A DNA stretch of 36,576 nucleotides from assembly GCF_001194135.2 (NCBI RefSeq), contig NC_068982.1, forward strand, positions 121,627,832 through 121,664,407, given 5' to 3'. This DNA comes from Octopus bimaculoides (Eukaryota). The translations under genes were made by a program, and so were the position numbers. Below are positions 33,893-36,576 of this stretch, one piece after another. The first letter of the stretch is position 1. Every line of letters begins with the position of its first letter. Under the pieces are notes generated by a model. It was given only the letters and a program-made list of their open reading frames with translations, was not told the DNA's origin and searched no databases.

Positions 33893-34767
33893 CATAGAAA
33901 AATGCGAGGAAGAGAAACAATCTTCTAAAGATTCTAAACCTGGAAAATTACAGGACAAGTTATTACACTCGGAAAAGTTCAGGACAAGTAATTACATCCA
34001 GTAAAAGTACAGAACAAGAAAACTTTTACTTAATATATTGCAGCTGAGGATAAAATTTGAATATTAAAAATTATTTGATTTTAATTTACAAAGTAACATT
34101 ATGAATAAAAAGAAGTACCATCATTTTGCTAAAATATTGACATACTAGAATACTTAAAAAATGAGAGCCAGAAGTACTAATATAGCTAAAGTCTTATGCA
34201 AAGTAGAATAGTATATATGGTAGGCAAATTCATTACGCAAAAAAACAGGCATTGTTCAAGACTAAAAATGTGAAGAATTGGCAATAGCTTAGGCAATAAC
34301 TCAAGCAAATTTTGCTGTGAATTTCTTGTTATAGGTAGATTTTATTGTGATATATAACTAAGTTTTGTATTATTCTACTTATTGTACTAATTATGTACTA
34401 CTATTGTTTTTCATAACCTGTTTTCAAATTTCTAATTAATTAATAATTTTAAAAATGAATTTTTTAAAGTGCAAAAAATATACTGAGTTATTATTTTTAT
34501 TTTTAATAGAAGTAACAAGTAATGACAAATAGAAGTAATAACTTGTGATAAAATTTTTAGTTTCAATAAAAGCTAATATTTTCTAAACCTAAATATGTTA
34601 TTTGAACTTTTATCCTTAGCTGCAATATTTTAAGTAAAATTTTTCTTGTTCTGTACTTTACAAGATGTAATAACTTGCCCTGAACTTTTTCAAGTGTAAT
34701 AACCTGTCCTGTACTTTTCCAGGTTTAATCTTAAGAATATTATTTCCCTTGCTCGCGTTTTTCCATG
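33893..34767. mobile_element. 875-bp non-autonomous DNA element with TIRs of about 170 bp containing 30-bp subrepeats
   Basis: The left arm (33893 to about 34060, catagaaaaatgcgaggaagag...gcagctgaggataaaa) is the diverged reverse complement of the right arm (about 34600 to 34767). TA on both sides (33891-33892, 34768-34769). No ORF inside. Confidence 0.85.
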
Positions 34768-36193
34768 TAATAATTCATATGACGGTTTATAAATGGTATT
34801 TCATATTTGTGTATTTTTTCATACTGTTATATTCTGGATTAAGTTATTGAGCATATTAGTCGGCTTTCAAGGTGATAGACTAGACTTCGAAAATTTGGTT
34901 AGTATCTTTAATGAATTGAGAAAAGGCGTAGCTCATTCATTGGTTTATCATGTAACAGAAAGATAAACATCTTGCGAATCAAGAACGAGATTTGCTTTCG
35001 ATTGTTGTTTGGAGCCATTTCAGCTCAGTTCTTCTGCCAGTAAACCAACATTACTACTGAAATTCCAAAACCTCTAGCATAACTTTTACTCATTTATAAA
35101 CTCCTGTTACGTTTTCATAAACTCTGATCTCTTCACTAACTCTTATTCTATCTTCCTTACCGCATTACTAACGCTTATTGAGACCTCTCTTACAGACAGA
35201 CAGGTATACACGTGGGTACATACAATCCCTCGCATATAAGTGGCTACACTACTTGGGTTCAGTTGTTTTCATCAGTCTTGACTTTTAACAGCTTGTAGAA
35301 TCACGTTATCCTGTCACTCAGATATCTCAGATTTAGTTTGGTTCTAATTAGTATATCCTTTGTCACATGGCCATTTTAATTGAACGTAGCAGAGAACAAA
35401 TGAATGTGTTTTATTGGCCATTTTTAGTCATCAGATCGTTTATTTTGAACGAGTTCAGTTTCTCATGAGTTGTATCGAACCAATAAGAATTTTTGTTTTT
35501 ATGTAAATCTTAGTACAGGAACGCGACAGCAAACCACGACTCATGAAATTTCGAACTCTCAAAAGTAATTTACATACATTCTTTCAATTGCATGCTGATA
35601 ACGAAGTGCTTCCATACATGTTAATACTTCTGCTAACATACGATTACACTTACGCATTTGTCCTTCGCGTATGTACACACGGACTCTTAAAAATGTAAAC
35701 GTTATTTTTTTTTTATTTACTGCAATAACTAATTGTGAACTATTCTATGAAGAACATGTTTGAGCTATTATTATGAAAACTTTTGTCCATTTTCAAACAG
35801 TTGGATTCTATAAAAACTTTATGCATTACGAATTTGAATAGAATATATCATGTGCACAAACTGTCATACATTCGTCTTTAACCAGAGTTTTGTAAATACT
35901 ATACACACTGGTTCTTTATGTAGATATACCAGTACATTGATTGTTTGTCGTTATCTTTAAACGCGTTATGTTCTCCGTTGCAGCTCTTACGTAAACATTT
36001 ACTCTGGATTCTGTATAATCCACTTATCCTTATTGGCATTATTAAATAATGATGGTATTAGAGGTATTCTTTTCCTTTCTTTCGCTCTCATTTTATCAAT
36101 ACAATCATTTCACTAAATAACTACGAGGCATGTGCAGCATGTATGCTACGTAATATATAAATTTCAATAGGTATGTATATATATATATATATA

Positions 36194-36576
36194 CTAGCAG
36201 AAATACCCGGCTTTGCCCGGGTTAAAGAGAATAATGAAATCTAAAAACGCCGTCTAGACTACGCAACCCTCAACTGTTAGTAGCTACGATACCATATTTC
36301 TACATTAATAACTCTCCAATCCATGCCAGCGTGGAACATAGACATTAAGTGGAATGCCAGTCTCTCATCTAGGAGGGCCTTGAAATCAATGTTACCAACT
36401 GGGGACTATGTGTGTCGTAGTGATAATAAAAAGACCCAAAGGAGGTCTGCAACGAAATAATTTTACTCAACACTTTGCAAGTGAATCAGTGGAGGCAAAG
36501 ATGCGTCTCATTTACTTGACAATTTATGCACCACATTGCAGAAATCACAATGAAAGTATATCTGAAAGGGTAGTCT
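36194..36576 (-). mobile_element. Helitron 3' terminus; element continues beyond the window
   Basis: The minus strand reads CCCGG-GCAAAG-CCGGG (hairpin, 36206-36221), then TATTTCTG-CTAG|T, the canonical hairpin plus CTRR end. It is inserted in an (AT)n run. Confidence 0.85.

Overview
This is AT-rich eukaryotic genomic DNA from a draft assembly, with 10 N-gaps totalling about 3.0 kb, and it consists mostly of repeats. The repeat spectrum resembles what I recall of coleoid cephalopod (Octopus-type) genomes: tRNA-head SINEs, dense (CA)n/(TATG)n/(GAA)n tracts, mariners, Helitrons and an R4/Dong-like LINE. That taxonomic call is inference, not a database result. I found no intact host protein-coding gene, rRNA, real tRNA or CRISPR array. 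Nearly all listed ORFs are microsatellite, gap or transposon artefacts. Recognisable coding relics: (1) four different mariner/Tc1-family copies, at 7880-8655(-), 18431-19627(-) and 27691-28910(+), plus a 5'-only family present twice; (2) a roughly 1.6-kb decayed DDE transposase most like Chapaev3/CMC, 15640-17210(+); (3) two Helitron RepHel fragments and several Helitron termini; (4) a non-LTR reverse transcriptase fragment, 14211-14620(-). I cannot claim a new biological system. The best leads are a perfect 35-bp-arm hairpin (22345-22447), an unclassified 875-bp element with roughly 170-bp subrepeat-containing TIRs (33893-34767), modular SINE tail swapping, a TATG-embedded 115-bp element found twice beside the same deleted mariner, and repeated tail-to-tail pairs of an unnamed repeat of about 200 bp.
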